From Patescibacteria group bacterium (GTDB lineage Bacteria; Patescibacteriota; Patescibacteriia; UBA10025; JAHIVO01): a stretch of 64,000 bases of DNA. Positions 8,615-18,375 of the stretch are shown here, one piece after another. Position numbers and translations under genes: made by a program. The notes under the pieces are model-generated. The model ran no database searches. It was not told where the DNA came from and saw only the letters and a list, made by a program, of their open reading frames with translations. The stretch lies in NCBI GenBank assembly GCA_041650915.1, contig JBAZKE010000001.1, positions 119,770-183,769 of the forward strand, given 5' to 3'. Position 1 is the first letter of the stretch. Every line of letters begins with the position of its first letter.

Positions 8615-10498
8615 CTAGTCCCATCCGAGCCTGGTTTTAATGTACCAGCTGGTGATGCCGTTAAATCTGTCAGATGGGATGGTAATTCTCGTCGTTGCTA
8701 CCCCCTTGATCTCCCGAGCTATCGCATGGTCATACGTCGGGCTGTACAAGAAGAGTGCGGGCACCTCATCGGCGATGATTTTTTGGAAATCGATGTACTT
8801 GCTTGCGCGCTCATCCGCATTCTCGATTTTTCGCGCCTCCTCGAGGAGCTTGTCGACATCTTTGTTGTAGTAGTTTGAGAGGTTGAGACCGCCGTCGAGG
8901 CTCTGCGAGGAGTGCCAGAACGGATACGGATCCGGATCAGAGCCTAGTATTTCTCCATACAGGAACGCTTCGTAATCTCGCGGCTTGATCACTTCCTTGT
9001 CGACCCGGAGCGGATTCATTATTTTCAGCTCGATGCCGACGCCGATTGCCTCCCAATTCTCACGGAGAATATCGGCTGTTTTCAGGTATTCAGGCTGGTC
9101 GACCGTCGTGAGCGAGAACTTGAGCTCCGCACCGTCTTTGGTTCGGAGGCCCCCTCCCTCGGGGATTGTCCACTCGAGCTCATCGAGCTCGGCAGCGGCC
9201 TGTGCCGGATTGTATGCATACCCTCCGATTTCAGAGCTGAATCCGAGAAAACCCTCGAGGATCGGTGCGCTGATAACCTTGCCCTGCCCCTGCAGCGCCT
9301 CTTCGAGAATTCGGCTGCGATCAACGGCATTCGCGAGCGCTTTCTTGAGCTCTTGGTCTTTGAGCAGCTCATTTTTTTGGTTGAAGAATACCGCGGTGTA
9401 CTGTGGCAGCTGGAGCGGGTATAGGGTGATGCCCTTCTTCTCGGCCAGCGTTTCGCGGTATTCCTTCGGTACGTAGCTCATGCCGTCGACGGTTCCGCTC
9501 TTGAGCGCTTCCGTCGCTGAGGCAAAATCCGGGTACAGCTTCATGATAATCGTATCGATATACGGGAGCTGGCCATAGTAGCGCTCATTGCGTTCAAGCG
9601 TATAGGATTTAATTATGCCGGAGTGGTCTTTCACGAGCTCTTTGAAGGCGTAAGGCCCCGATCCGATCGGTTTCGTGTTGTACTCTGCGAGCTTGAAGTT
9701 CGCGGGTGCGACATCGCTCCAGATGTGCCCCGGCAGAATTCCGATTGTCAGATTTGAGAGGAAGGGCGCGAACGGTTCGTTGAGCGTGAAGGTTACCGTA
9801 TGGTCGTCGATGCGTTCGGTCGCAACCCCATTGAAGTTACTGTAAAAGGGGCTGTTGTAATCCGGATCCTGGACGGTTTCGATCGTGTAGAGGATATCGT
9901 CCGCCAAGAGTTCATTCCCGTTGTGCCATTTGACCCCCTTGCGCAAGTGTATGGTATAGGTTTTTTTGTCTTCCGAAAGTTCGTAGCTAGCGGCGAGGTC
10001 CGGCACGAGCTGGAGCTGCTCATCGTAGCGGAACAAGCCAGAGTAGATGAGCACGGTAATATCGCGGTCGACGTCGCCCTGCGCCAGCACTGGATTGACG
10101 TAGGACGGCTGCCCGACAATCGCCTCCGTATAGCTTCCGCCCTGCTGCGGTAGGTACTCGACGTGGCGCTGGCAAAACCGTACGAGCAAGAAGCCGAGGC
10201 AGATGATTGTTGCCCCAATGAGTAACCGAACGATGAGCTTCTCACGTTGCGTGAGGTACTCAGGCAGGTACTGCAGCTGTTTCCACGTCGGGAAGCGCTG
10301 TTTTGCGAGTGACAGCACGAGCTTCTTATCGAGGTCGAGATTGCCGTTAAATGTCGGGGGGACTTTTACAGGTTTACTTTCGTCTGATGCTTTTCCTCGA
10401 TTGCTGAGCGCTCGTTGGAAGATGTTGCGTACGTTGAATTTCACAAACAGGTGTGTCGGACTAGGTAAGCTACTTGATGAGCACGTTCGCGAGTGCAA
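8615..10498 (-). CDS. ABC transporter substrate-binding protein, family 5 (Opp/Dpp-like), orphan, N-terminal TM anchor
   Basis: Family-5 SBP-like sequence over ~520 aa with a hydrophobic anchor (LLIGATIICLGFLLV) near residue 100; no permease/ATPase genes adjacent; start uncertain (5' end overlaps secG by 29 nt). Confidence 0.7.
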   Translation of the reverse strand: MHSRTCSSSSLPSPTHLFVKFNVRNIFQRALSNRGKASDESKPVKVPPTFNGNLDLDKKLVLSLAKQRFPTWKQLQYLPEYLTQREKLIVRLLIGATIICLGFLLVRFCQRHVEYLPQQGGSYTEAIVGQPSYVNPVLAQGDVDRDITVLIYSGLFRYDEQLQLVPDLAASYELSEDKKTYTIHLRKGVKWHNGNELLADDILYTIETVQDPDYNSPFYSNFNGVATERIDDHTVTFTLNEPFAPFLSNLTIGILPGHIWSDVAPANFKLAEYNTKPIGSGPYAFKELVKDHSGIIKSYTLERNERYYGQLPYIDTIIMKLYPDFASATEALKSGTVDGMSYVPKEYRETLAEKKGITLYPLQLPQYTAVFFNQKNELLKDQELKKALANAVDRSRILEEALQGQGKVISAPILEGFLGFSSEIGGYAYNPAQAAAELDELEWTIPEGGGLRTKDGAELKFSLTTVDQPEYLKTADILRENWEAIGVGIELKIMNPLRVDKEVIKPRDYEAFLYGEILGSDPDPYPFWHSSQSLDGGLNLSNYYNKDVDKLLEEARKIENADERASKYIDFQKIIADEVPALFLYSPTYDHAIAREIKGVATTRITIPSDRFNGITSWYIKTRLGWD

Positions 10499-10691
10499 CG
10501 CCGAAAAATGCGACGCTCAGAACGATAGTTGAAAAAAATAAGATTTTCTCAAAGCCGCGTTTCGTCCGGTAAACGTTGCCCTCTCCTCCGAATACGCCGC
10601 CGAGACCCGCACCGCGGTTCTGGAACAGGATTGCGGTGATGAGCGCCACGGCGAGTACGATCTGTGCGATGTTGAGTATGTTTTCCATCAA
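10470..10691 (-). CDS. secG: Preprotein translocase subunit SecG
   Basis: Two-TM small protein MENILNIAQIVLAVALITAILFQ...GAGLGGVFGG typical of SecG. Confidence 0.8.
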   Translation of the reverse strand: MMENILNIAQIVLAVALITAILFQNRGAGLGGVFGGEGNVYRTKRGFEKILFFSTIVLSVAFFGVALANVLIK

Positions 10692-10912
10692 TGTATTTCA
10701 GGGTATATAAAAAAAGGTGTTTGTAGAGCAACCCCTACAGTATCAAATTCAGCGCTCTCTGTCAAGCTGCTGCACCTTTCGTCCCTTCTCCACGATAATT
10801 CGCTGCAGTTCCCGCACACTCCGGCCGGAGCTCTTTATCTTCGGCGTGCGCTTTTTTTCGCGGATGCGTGCGCGCCGTTCAATTTCCGCTTGGGTTTGTT
10901 CGTGGTCATTGG

Positions 10913-12691
10913 TCATAGTCGTTCTCTGAGCTGCCCGGCGAGCTTCTCGCCGACAGCCGATTTGAGCTGTTCTCGAGAAGCCGCACGGACGCCCTGTACC
11001 GAGCCGAACCGCGCGAGCAGCTTTTTTCTGGTCGCTGGCCCGATGCCTGGCACCTCATCGAACCATGACTTCCGGGCGGCCTTTCGATGCGTCGAGCGGA
11101 AGAATGAGATTGCGAACCGGTGCGCCTCGTCCCGCATGAGCTGCAGTAGGCGGAGTTCCGGTGAATTGGCAGCCATGCGCACCGGGATTTTTCGGCCGGG
11201 GAGGTAGATGTCTTCATTTTGCTTGGCGAGCGCGACGATCGGTATGTTCGCCGGAATGTTTTTCAGGGCCGCGCTGAGCTGTCCTTTTCCGCCGTCGAGG
11301 ATGAGGAGATCTGGCTGAGGCCAGCCCGGTTGCAGACCTGGGGATGCAGGCTCGTGGGCGGTGTGCCGAAAGCGCCGCCCAAGCACCTCGGCGAGCATAG
11401 CGGGATCGTTAATCCCGCTGACCGTCTTGATTTTAAATTTCCTATACCATTTTTTATCGGGTTTGCCGTCCGTGAAGACGATCATCGAGCCGACCGCGTC
11501 GGCTCCCTGTACGTTCGAGATATCGTATACTTCAATCCGCCGCGGGATCGCCGGCAGCTTGAGCACGCGCCGGAGCTGCCCGAGCGCTTCACCCGTCCGT
11601 TCCGCATCGCGCTGCCATGATGCTCGCTGCAGTTCGAGGTAGGACTCCGCATTTTCCGTGCCGAGGTTGAGGTATTGGCGTTTTATGCCGCGTTGCGGTA
11701 CGTGGATTTTTGTTTTGAATGCCCGCTCGATTATGGATTGGGATTGCGGTTTTGCGGGGAGGATAATCATTGTCGGCACGTCCGTCGCCTGCGCGTAGTA
11801 CTGTTCGATGAACGCTTGCAGCACCTCGCCGTCCGTTTGCGCCCTCGTATTCGCGAGGGTGAGGTTTTGTTTTTCTGTAAGCTTGCCGCTCCGGATTCTG
11901 AACAGGTTGATGGCGCTCATGTCGTGCGCGCGTGCAATGCTGACGATATCGAAATTTTCACGCTTGGGCGATACGACCTTCTGCTTTTCTATAATCTTTT
12001 CGATCGAGCTGAGCTTATCTCTCAGTGATGCGGCGCGTTCGTATTCCCTCCGCCGGGAAGCCCCGTTCATCTGGTTCTGCAGATCGCGGCCGATCTCGCG
12101 GTATTGTCCGCTGAGAAACTGGATGATCTTGCCGATAGTCTGGCGGTACTCTTCTTTCGTTGCGGGGCCGAGCAGCTGCGGATACCGTCTCGTCAGGTGT
12201 TCGAGCTGGCTCGTTGACGGCGCCTTTTGGAAGCTGCGGTGCGGGAACAGCTTCCGGAGCAGGTTCAGGGTCTGGCGCACCGAGCCGCCCGATACGAACG
12301 GCCCAAAGTATTTTGCCCCGTCGCTGAGCACGCGGCGCGTGGAAAAAACACGGGGGAAGTCCTCCTTGACCGTGATCTTGATGTACGAAAACGTTTTACC
12401 GTCCTTGAGGTCGATGTTGAAGGGCGGCTGGCGCTTCTTGATCAGATTTGCCTCAAGCAGCAGCGCTTCTGTTTCTGAGGAGGTAATGATGTACTCGATT
12501 TTTTTAATCTTCCCGACCATAAGCCGCTTGTGCGGCGTGAGCTGTGAGGAGCGGTGGAAGTATGACTGGACCCTGCTGCGTAAGCGGCGCGCTTTTCCGA
12601 TGTACAAAACCAGCCCTTCGTTATCCAGGAACTGGTATATTCCGGGCTTTTGTGGGAGGTATTGCACGTTGATGGTTTGTGGTGCATTCAT
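10913..12691 (-). CDS. uvrC: Excinuclease ABC subunit C
   Basis: GIY-YIG motif KPGIYQFLDNEGLVLYIGKARRLRSRV near N-terminus, UvrBC-interacting and RNase H-like/HhH C-terminus; start set at MNAPQTINV (ATG at 12691), the upstream 131-codon in-frame extension is not UvrC-like. Confidence 0.88.
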   Translation of the reverse strand: MNAPQTINVQYLPQKPGIYQFLDNEGLVLYIGKARRLRSRVQSYFHRSSQLTPHKRLMVGKIKKIEYIITSSETEALLLEANLIKKRQPPFNIDLKDGKTFSYIKITVKEDFPRVFSTRRVLSDGAKYFGPFVSGGSVRQTLNLLRKLFPHRSFQKAPSTSQLEHLTRRYPQLLGPATKEEYRQTIGKIIQFLSGQYREIGRDLQNQMNGASRRREYERAASLRDKLSSIEKIIEKQKVVSPKRENFDIVSIARAHDMSAINLFRIRSGKLTEKQNLTLANTRAQTDGEVLQAFIEQYYAQATDVPTMIILPAKPQSQSIIERAFKTKIHVPQRGIKRQYLNLGTENAESYLELQRASWQRDAERTGEALGQLRRVLKLPAIPRRIEVYDISNVQGADAVGSMIVFTDGKPDKKWYRKFKIKTVSGINDPAMLAEVLGRRFRHTAHEPASPGLQPGWPQPDLLILDGGKGQLSAALKNIPANIPIVALAKQNEDIYLPGRKIPVRMAANSPELRLLQLMRDEAHRFAISFFRSTHRKAARKSWFDEVPGIGPATRKKLLARFGSVQGVRAASREQLKSAVGEKLAGQLRERL

Positions 12692-12916
12692 ACGGGGTAA
12701 GTATAGCATGGGTGGTTTTGGCGCCACCCCAGGTTTAATTTGTTTACTCCGAGCGCACCCAGAGACGGGTGCGCTCCGCTGTTTACCATGCATTTTGTCA
12801 CCATCTGCAAAGCGCAGGCAGAGACGCCCGCGCTTTAAAGCCACGGAACTGACCAGATGCGGATCCTTTTTGTTAATATTAGCGAAATATTGGTAATGAT
12901 ATCCACAGCACGGGGC

Positions 12917-12945
12917 TTGACAAACTGGAGGCATGGGTGTATGAT
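12917..12945 (+). promoter_or_regulatory. Consensus sigma70-type promoter (TTGACA-17 nt-TATGAT) upstream of hypothetical secreted protein gene
   Basis: TTGACA at 12917-12922, 17-nt spacer, TATGAT at 12940-12945; ~230 nt leader before ATG at 13174. Confidence 0.6.
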
Positions 12946-13173
12946 AGCCGATTACAATCAAATACTCTTTGAGGAGAGAGTACACGATTAAAGCGGCGTT
13001 TTGTTTGAGCACTGAATCCTCATTGTTTAAACAAAAGGCCGTTTTCTTTAAAACTGAGAGTTTTAAAGGGAACACCTCGCTCATTACAATCCATTGTGCA
13101 AATTAGAGAAGTTAACTGATAGAAATGGCAGAATGGGAATTTTGCCGCAACCCTGTTGAAGGAGGGTCAAAAA

Positions 13174-14271
13174 ATGACTCGGAATTTGTCCGTAACTCTG
13201 ATGGCGGTCTTCGTGATCGCCCTGTCAACCGTCAGCTTTGCCGGCGTCGATCTTTCAAATACTCCGCAAGTACAAAAAATACTCGCTGGAGTATGCGATT
13301 TCAACCAGCCAGTCGGTTTCAAAAGCCTATACGGCAATTATATCTTTGAATGGCAGATGACCGATTCGGTGGCAACGGTTGATATGTATGGAGATTCGAC
13401 GTATGAGTATACTGACTCAGCGCGAGTTCCGGTCGACTCTGCTGTCGTCGCGGTGGACACCACGTTCCACTGTGAGGATATGCTCGTCGACACCACGACG
13501 CTCTACAAACTGGCGCTTGATACCGTAGGCGATTGGGTTCCATCGACCGAGTACTTGGAGCTCTTCGCTGAAAACTTCAAGGATTTCGATCTTTCGAAGC
13601 TGGAACAAAGGGCAGCTGCCTGGCAGAAGCAGCAGATTGAGTTGCAGAAAGCCGCCGATGAACGGGCGAAGTTTGTAGCCGACAGCATGGCTATCGAGAT
13701 GGAGAAATCGTTCTTCATCGGAGTGGACTCCCTTATCAAGGAAGTTCCAAACGAGATCGAGACACTGAATGAGTGGATGGATCCGTTTGACTCGGCGGAG
13801 AAGTTCGCCGCCGCGTTGCTCAAACTCGGCTTTGACAAACGGTCCGCGTACGTATACGCAAACCGGATCGAACCGGACCTGAGGCAGCAAGTGCTCTTCA
13901 ACGCATTTACCAATGCGGTTCAACTGAAGGGTTACGCTGCCGGTGTAAAGCGAAACTTCGTGGAGGTCAATGGACCGGCCATGAAGAAACTGCTCGCTGC
14001 CGACAGCACGCAGCAGGCGCTCATCGTCCAGAACGGCGAGTTCATCGCCTGTCTGGATTCCACTGTCACCGATTTGCAGGAAAACTTCGACGGCTACAAG
14101 TCGAGTACCGATCAGCGGATCGGAGCAGTCGAACGGCAGGTTACTGAAGTCCAGGAGCAGCTTTCAGCGGACCAGGCGTGGAAGCGCAAAATGGAAGGCC
14201 TTGCTGCCAAGGCCAAGTACAATGGTTCTGCGAAGAACCAGAAGCTCGTTGACGAAGCGCTCGGCAAGTAG
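13174..14271 (+). CDS. Hypothetical signal-anchored/secreted coiled-coil protein
   Basis: GGAGGG RBS 8 nt before ATG 13174; N-terminal hydrophobic signal/anchor MTRNLSVTLMAVFVIALSTVSFA; coiled-coil-like middle; no recognisable domain. Confidence 0.65.
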   Translation: MTRNLSVTLMAVFVIALSTVSFAGVDLSNTPQVQKILAGVCDFNQPVGFKSLYGNYIFEWQMTDSVATVDMYGDSTYEYTDSARVPVDSAVVAVDTTFHCEDMLVDTTTLYKLALDTVGDWVPSTEYLELFAENFKDFDLSKLEQRAAAWQKQQIELQKAADERAKFVADSMAIEMEKSFFIGVDSLIKEVPNEIETLNEWMDPFDSAEKFAAALLKLGFDKRSAYVYANRIEPDLRQQVLFNAFTNAVQLKGYAAGVKRNFVEVNGPAMKKLLAADSTQQALIVQNGEFIACLDSTVTDLQENFDGYKSSTDQRIGAVERQVTEVQEQLSADQAWKRKMEGLAAKAKYNGSAKNQKLVDEALGK

Positions 14272-14292
14272 CGTTTCGACACAATGGATAAA

Positions 14293-14340
14293 GGCCGGCG
14301 GAGATACTCAACAGAGTATTTCCCCCGGCCTATTTTTTTT
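14293..14340 (+). terminator. Rho-independent terminator
   Basis: ggccgg...ccggcc stem with internal structure followed by T8 run immediately after the 13174-14271 gene. Confidence 0.6.
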
Positions 14341-14422
14341 ACTTTTTGCGTGAGCAGGCGGCAAGCAGCCGAAGCCTTAGCCCACATTGAAAGGCGGAAT
14401 TACACGATCCTTTCTAAGGGGA

Positions 14423-14451
14423 TTGACCGCCCTTGACATGGGGTGTATAAT
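14423..14451 (+). promoter_or_regulatory. Sigma70-type promoter for uvrA (TTGACC-17 nt-TATAAT)
   Basis: TTGACC 14423-14428, 17-nt spacer, TATAAT 14446-14451, ~80 nt upstream of uvrA ATG. Confidence 0.55.
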
Positions 14452-14533
14452 GGATTCCAACTATTTACCCCGTTTTTTTTATACTGTGAGCGCAACGAGA
14501 GCACAATCAAATGCCAGGAGCACCGAAGAGCCC

Positions 14534-17362
14534 ATGATCACGATCCGCGGAGCGCGGGTGCACAACCTGAAAAATATCAACGTGGATATCCCGCGCGACA
14601 AGCTCGTCGTGATTACCGGCATTTCCGGTTCTGGCAAATCGTCGCTCGCGTTCGATACGATCTACGCGGAGGGGCAGCGCCGGTACGTCGAGTCGCTGTC
14701 TGCGTACGCACGGCAGTTTTTGGGCCTCATGGACAAGCCGGACGTTGACCAGATTGACGGGCTCTCCCCGGCAATTTCGATAGACCAGCGCGCGACGTCC
14801 CACAATCCGCGCTCGACCGTCGGCACCGTTACTGAGATATATGACTACCTTCGGCTGCTCTTTTCGCGCGTCGGCAAGCCGCACTGCCCGTCCTGCGGCA
14901 GGGAGGTTTCGCGGCAGACCATTGACCAGATTGCGGACAGGGTGCGCAAGCTGCCGGCGGACGCGGAATTCATGATCCTCGCCCCGGTCATCCGCGACCA
15001 GAAGGGCGAGCACAAGAACGTGATTATCGAAGTCCGGAAAGCCGGGTACGTGCGGGTCCGCATCGACGGGATCGTGTACCCGATTGAAGAAGCTGAGGAC
15101 CTGAACGTCGACAAGAAAAAGAAGCACACGGTTGACGTCGTCGTTGACCGGCTGACTAACGGCACGCAGCTCGACCGCGGACGGCTCGTTGAATCCCTCG
15201 AAGCCGCGCTCAAGCTCGGCGACGGCCTCGTAATCGTCCAGGAGGCGGAGTCGGGCAAGGACATGCTCTTCTCGCAGCACTTTTCCTGCCCCAGCTGCGG
15301 CATTAACCTGCCGCCGATTGAGCCGCGGAATTTTTCATTCAACAGCCCCCACGGCGCATGCCCCGACTGCACGGGCCTCGGCACCCGCCTCGAGATTGAT
15401 CCCGACCTCATTATCCCGAACCCGAAGCTCACCATCGCGCAGGGCGCGATCCGGCCGTGGGCGCGCACCTCTTCGAACCAGGCGTGGTACATCCGTTTCC
15501 TCGAGCAGGTCGCGGATGCGCACGGCTTTTCGCTCGACGTGCCGGTGAAAGACCTGTCAAAAGGCCACCTTGATATCATCCTGCACGGCTCAGGGAACAA
15601 GGAGTACACCATGGAGTATTCAAGCGACCGCTTTGAAGGTGAGTTCACGAGGAATTTTGAGGGTGTGATACCGAATCTGATGCGCCGGTACAAGGAGACG
15701 CAGTCCGACTACATCCGCGCAGAAATAGAGAAATACATGCGGGTGCTGCTGTGCCCGACGTGCGGAGGAAAGCGCCTCAGGCCGGAGGTGCTCGCAGTAA
15801 CCGTTGCTGACGTATCAATCTCTGATGTCGCAAATATGACGGTCGAGGAGTGCCGGAAGTTTTTCAGTAACCTCAAATTTAAGACCAACAAGGAGCGGAC
15901 GATCGCCAAGCAAATCCTGAAAGAGATCAGCGCGCGCCTGCAGTTCCTGCACAATGTCGGCCTTGACTACCTGACGATTGACCGTGCGGCCTCGACGCTT
16001 GCCGGCGGCGAGGCGCAGCGCATCCGGCTCGCGACGCAGATCGGTTCATCGCTCGTCGGCGTGGTGTACATTCTCGACGAGCCTTCCATCGGGCTCCACC
16101 AGCGTGATAATGAGAAGCTCATTACGACACTCGAGGTACTGCGGGATCTCGGCAATACAGTCATTGTCGTTGAGCACGATGAGGGGACTATCCTGTCGGC
16201 TGACTATGTTCTCGATATCGGCCCCGGCGCAGGGGAGCATGGCGGCAAGGTTGTTGCAGCCGGAACGCCCGCTGAGATTACTAAGAATAAAAATTCGCTC
16301 ACCGGAAAGTATATTTCCGGAAAGCTCTCGATCCCTGTCCCGGAGGAGTACCGCCCGGGGAACGGCAAGGAGCTCGTGATACGGAAAGCGGCGGAGTTTA
16401 ACCTGCAAAATATAGACGTGCACATACCGCTCGGAAAGTTCGTGTGCATCACGGGGGTGTCCGGCTCGGGAAAGTCGACCCTCATGACGGAGATACTCGC
16501 CAAGGCGCTTGCCCAGAAATTCTATGGGGCGAAAGATGCGCCCGGAAAGCACGAAGGCCTCGACGGCACGGAGAACCTCGACAAGGTCATCAATATCGAC
16601 CAGTCGCCGATCGGGCGAACTCCGCGGTCAAACCCCGCAACGTACACCGGCGTTTTTACGTACATCCGTGACCTGTTTACGCAGGTGCCTGAGGCAAAGA
16701 TACGCGGGTACGGACCGGGGCGTTTCAGCTTCAACGTCGCGGGCGGCCGGTGTGAAGCCTGCCAGGGTGACGGCCTCGTCAAGATTGAGATGCAGTTCCT
16801 CCCTGACGTGTACGTTGAGTGTGAAGAATGCAAGGGTAAGCGATATAACCAGCAGACGCTCGAAATCCAGTATAAGAATAAAACGATTTCAGACGTGCTC
16901 GAAATGACCGTGGAAGAGGCGCTCTCATTTTTCCGGAGCATCCCGCCGATCTACAGCAAGCTGAAGACCCTCAATGAGGTCGGCCTCGGGTATATCCACC
17001 TCGGCCAGTCTGCCACCACGCTCTCCGGCGGTGAAGCGCAGCGCGTCAAGCTCGCGACCGAGCTCTCGCGCCGTGCGACCGGCAAGACGCTCTACATCCT
17101 CGACGAGCCGACGACCGGCCTCCACTTTGATGACGTCAGGCGCCTATTGCTCGTGCTCAACCAGCTCGTGGATAAGGGGAATACGGTGCTCGTCATCGAG
17201 CACAATCTCGACATTATCAAGTCAGCCGATTGGGTCATCGACCTCGGGCCCGAGGGGGGGAGCAAGGGCGGTGAAATTGTTGCCGTTGGGACGCCGCGTG
17301 AAGTTGCGGAAGCAAAGAGGAGCTACACGGGCAAGTTCTTGAAGCAGATGCTGAGCAAGTAG
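14534..17362 (+). CDS. uvrA: Excinuclease ABC subunit A
   Basis: Two ABC ATPase modules ([20 protein letters not shown]), zinc-finger CxxC pairs, LSGGEAQR signatures; start at [15 protein letters not shown]. Confidence 0.92.
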   Translation: MITIRGARVHNLKNINVDIPRDKLVVITGISGSGKSSLAFDTIYAEGQRRYVESLSAYARQFLGLMDKPDVDQIDGLSPAISIDQRATSHNPRSTVGTVTEIYDYLRLLFSRVGKPHCPSCGREVSRQTIDQIADRVRKLPADAEFMILAPVIRDQKGEHKNVIIEVRKAGYVRVRIDGIVYPIEEAEDLNVDKKKKHTVDVVVDRLTNGTQLDRGRLVESLEAALKLGDGLVIVQEAESGKDMLFSQHFSCPSCGINLPPIEPRNFSFNSPHGACPDCTGLGTRLEIDPDLIIPNPKLTIAQGAIRPWARTSSNQAWYIRFLEQVADAHGFSLDVPVKDLSKGHLDIILHGSGNKEYTMEYSSDRFEGEFTRNFEGVIPNLMRRYKETQSDYIRAEIEKYMRVLLCPTCGGKRLRPEVLAVTVADVSISDVANMTVEECRKFFSNLKFKTNKERTIAKQILKEISARLQFLHNVGLDYLTIDRAASTLAGGEAQRIRLATQIGSSLVGVVYILDEPSIGLHQRDNEKLITTLEVLRDLGNTVIVVEHDEGTILSADYVLDIGPGAGEHGGKVVAAGTPAEITKNKNSLTGKYISGKLSIPVPEEYRPGNGKELVIRKAAEFNLQNIDVHIPLGKFVCITGVSGSGKSTLMTEILAKALAQKFYGAKDAPGKHEGLDGTENLDKVINIDQSPIGRTPRSNPATYTGVFTYIRDLFTQVPEAKIRGYGPGRFSFNVAGGRCEACQGDGLVKIEMQFLPDVYVECEECKGKRYNQQTLEIQYKNKTISDVLEMTVEEALSFFRSIPPIYSKLKTLNEVGLGYIHLGQSATTLSGGEAQRVKLATELSRRATGKTLYILDEPTTGLHFDDVRRLLLVLNQLVDKGNTVLVIEHNLDIIKSADWVIDLGPEGGSKGGEIVAVGTPREVAEAKRSYTGKFLKQMLSK

Positions 17363-17448
17363 CGCCGCCGCATGCCGGGTGAACCGCGCCGTACTGTCCG
17401 TACGGCGGCACTTTCGTATACCCTGCGTCCGCGATATAATGACGCCGT

Positions 17449-18375
17449 ATGGATCCACTGGAAAAAGCAATCATCGCGACGCTCAGCTATTTTGACGTGT
17501 TTGACTACCCGTTGACTGCCGTCGAGATTTGGAAGTGGCTGTACGTCAGCAGCGCGGATGGCGTGCCGGTACAGGCTGCTGTCGGTGACGTAGTCGGAGC
17601 GCTCGAGGAGCGTGAAAAAATCCGCCAGCGTGTTGATTTCAAGGATGGTTTCTACTTTCTGAAGGGGAGGGGGGAAACGGTGGAGAAGAGAATGGACCGC
17701 TACCGGCTCGCCGAGCGGAAGTTTCACCGGGCGCTGCGGGTGGTCTCCTTGCTGCGGCGGATGCCGTTCGTGAAGATGATCGGCATCTGCAATACGCTTG
17801 CGTACAGCAACAGCAGGCGGGAGGGGGACATCGATCTCCTCATCGTGACAAAACGGCGGCGGGTATGGCAGGTGCGTTTTTGGGTTACGGGTTTTCTAAA
17901 GCTCTCCAATATGCGGCCGCGCCCCGGCAGGACCGAGGATACCATTTGCCCGTCCTTCTTTGTCGATGAAGATCACCTCGACCTCAGCGGGCTCGCTCTC
18001 GAGAATGACATCTATCTTCCGTACTGGGTTTCGCAGGTCGTGCCGGTGTACGATGAGGGCATCTACCGTACCTTCATTGCGTCGAATGCATGGATTCACC
18101 GGGCTATTCCGAACGTGCTTCCATACGTTCCAACAGCACGGCGTCGGCGGAAGCGCGTGAAGCTCTGGAAGTATTTTATTTCGGCTGCCTGTGCCCCCCT
18201 GCCTGAGCAGCTCTTCAAGCGGTACCAGCTGCGCGTGATGCCGAAACGCCTCCGGGAGCTCGCGAACAGGGACAGCAGGGTTGTGGTGCAGGATTACATG
18301 CTTAAGTTCCACGATAATGACAGGCGCGCGTATTTCTACGATCAGTGGAAACAGCGCCTCGCACGGTCCGTATGA
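17449..18375 (+). CDS. Hypothetical protein with putative minimal nucleotidyltransferase-like motif
   Basis: GICNTLAYSNSRREGDIDLLIV resembles Pol-beta-superfamily GS...DxD motif; 4-nt ATGA overlap with downstream membrane protein gene. Confidence 0.45.
   Translation: MDPLEKAIIATLSYFDVFDYPLTAVEIWKWLYVSSADGVPVQAAVGDVVGALEEREKIRQRVDFKDGFYFLKGRGETVEKRMDRYRLAERKFHRALRVVSLLRRMPFVKMIGICNTLAYSNSRREGDIDLLIVTKRRRVWQVRFWVTGFLKLSNMRPRPGRTEDTICPSFFVDEDHLDLSGLALENDIYLPYWVSQVVPVYDEGIYRTFIASNAWIHRAIPNVLPYVPTARRRRKRVKLWKYFISAACAPLPEQLFKRYQLRVMPKRLRELANRDSRVVVQDYMLKFHDNDRRAYFYDQWKQRLARSV

Noticed and set aside
8455-8640. 61-aa ORF overlapping tRNA-Leu
   Set aside because: It reads through the tRNA gene on the opposite strand, so it is spurious.
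12692-13084. In-frame 131-codon N-terminal extension of uvrC (ORF track gives 723 aa)
   Set aside because: UvrC homology (GIY-YIG) starts at the internal Met (MNAPQ..., ATG 12691). The upstream portion is low-complexity, overlaps the divergent promoter region and has no RBS, so it is treated as non-coding.
14387-14533. N-terminal extension of uvrA from TTG start at 14387
   Set aside because: It overlaps the TTGACC/TATAAT promoter. UvrA homology begins at [12 protein letters not shown] (ATG 14534).
14507-15693. Minus-strand ORFs of 257 and 282 aa
   Set aside because: They are antisense to uvrA and have no start signals.
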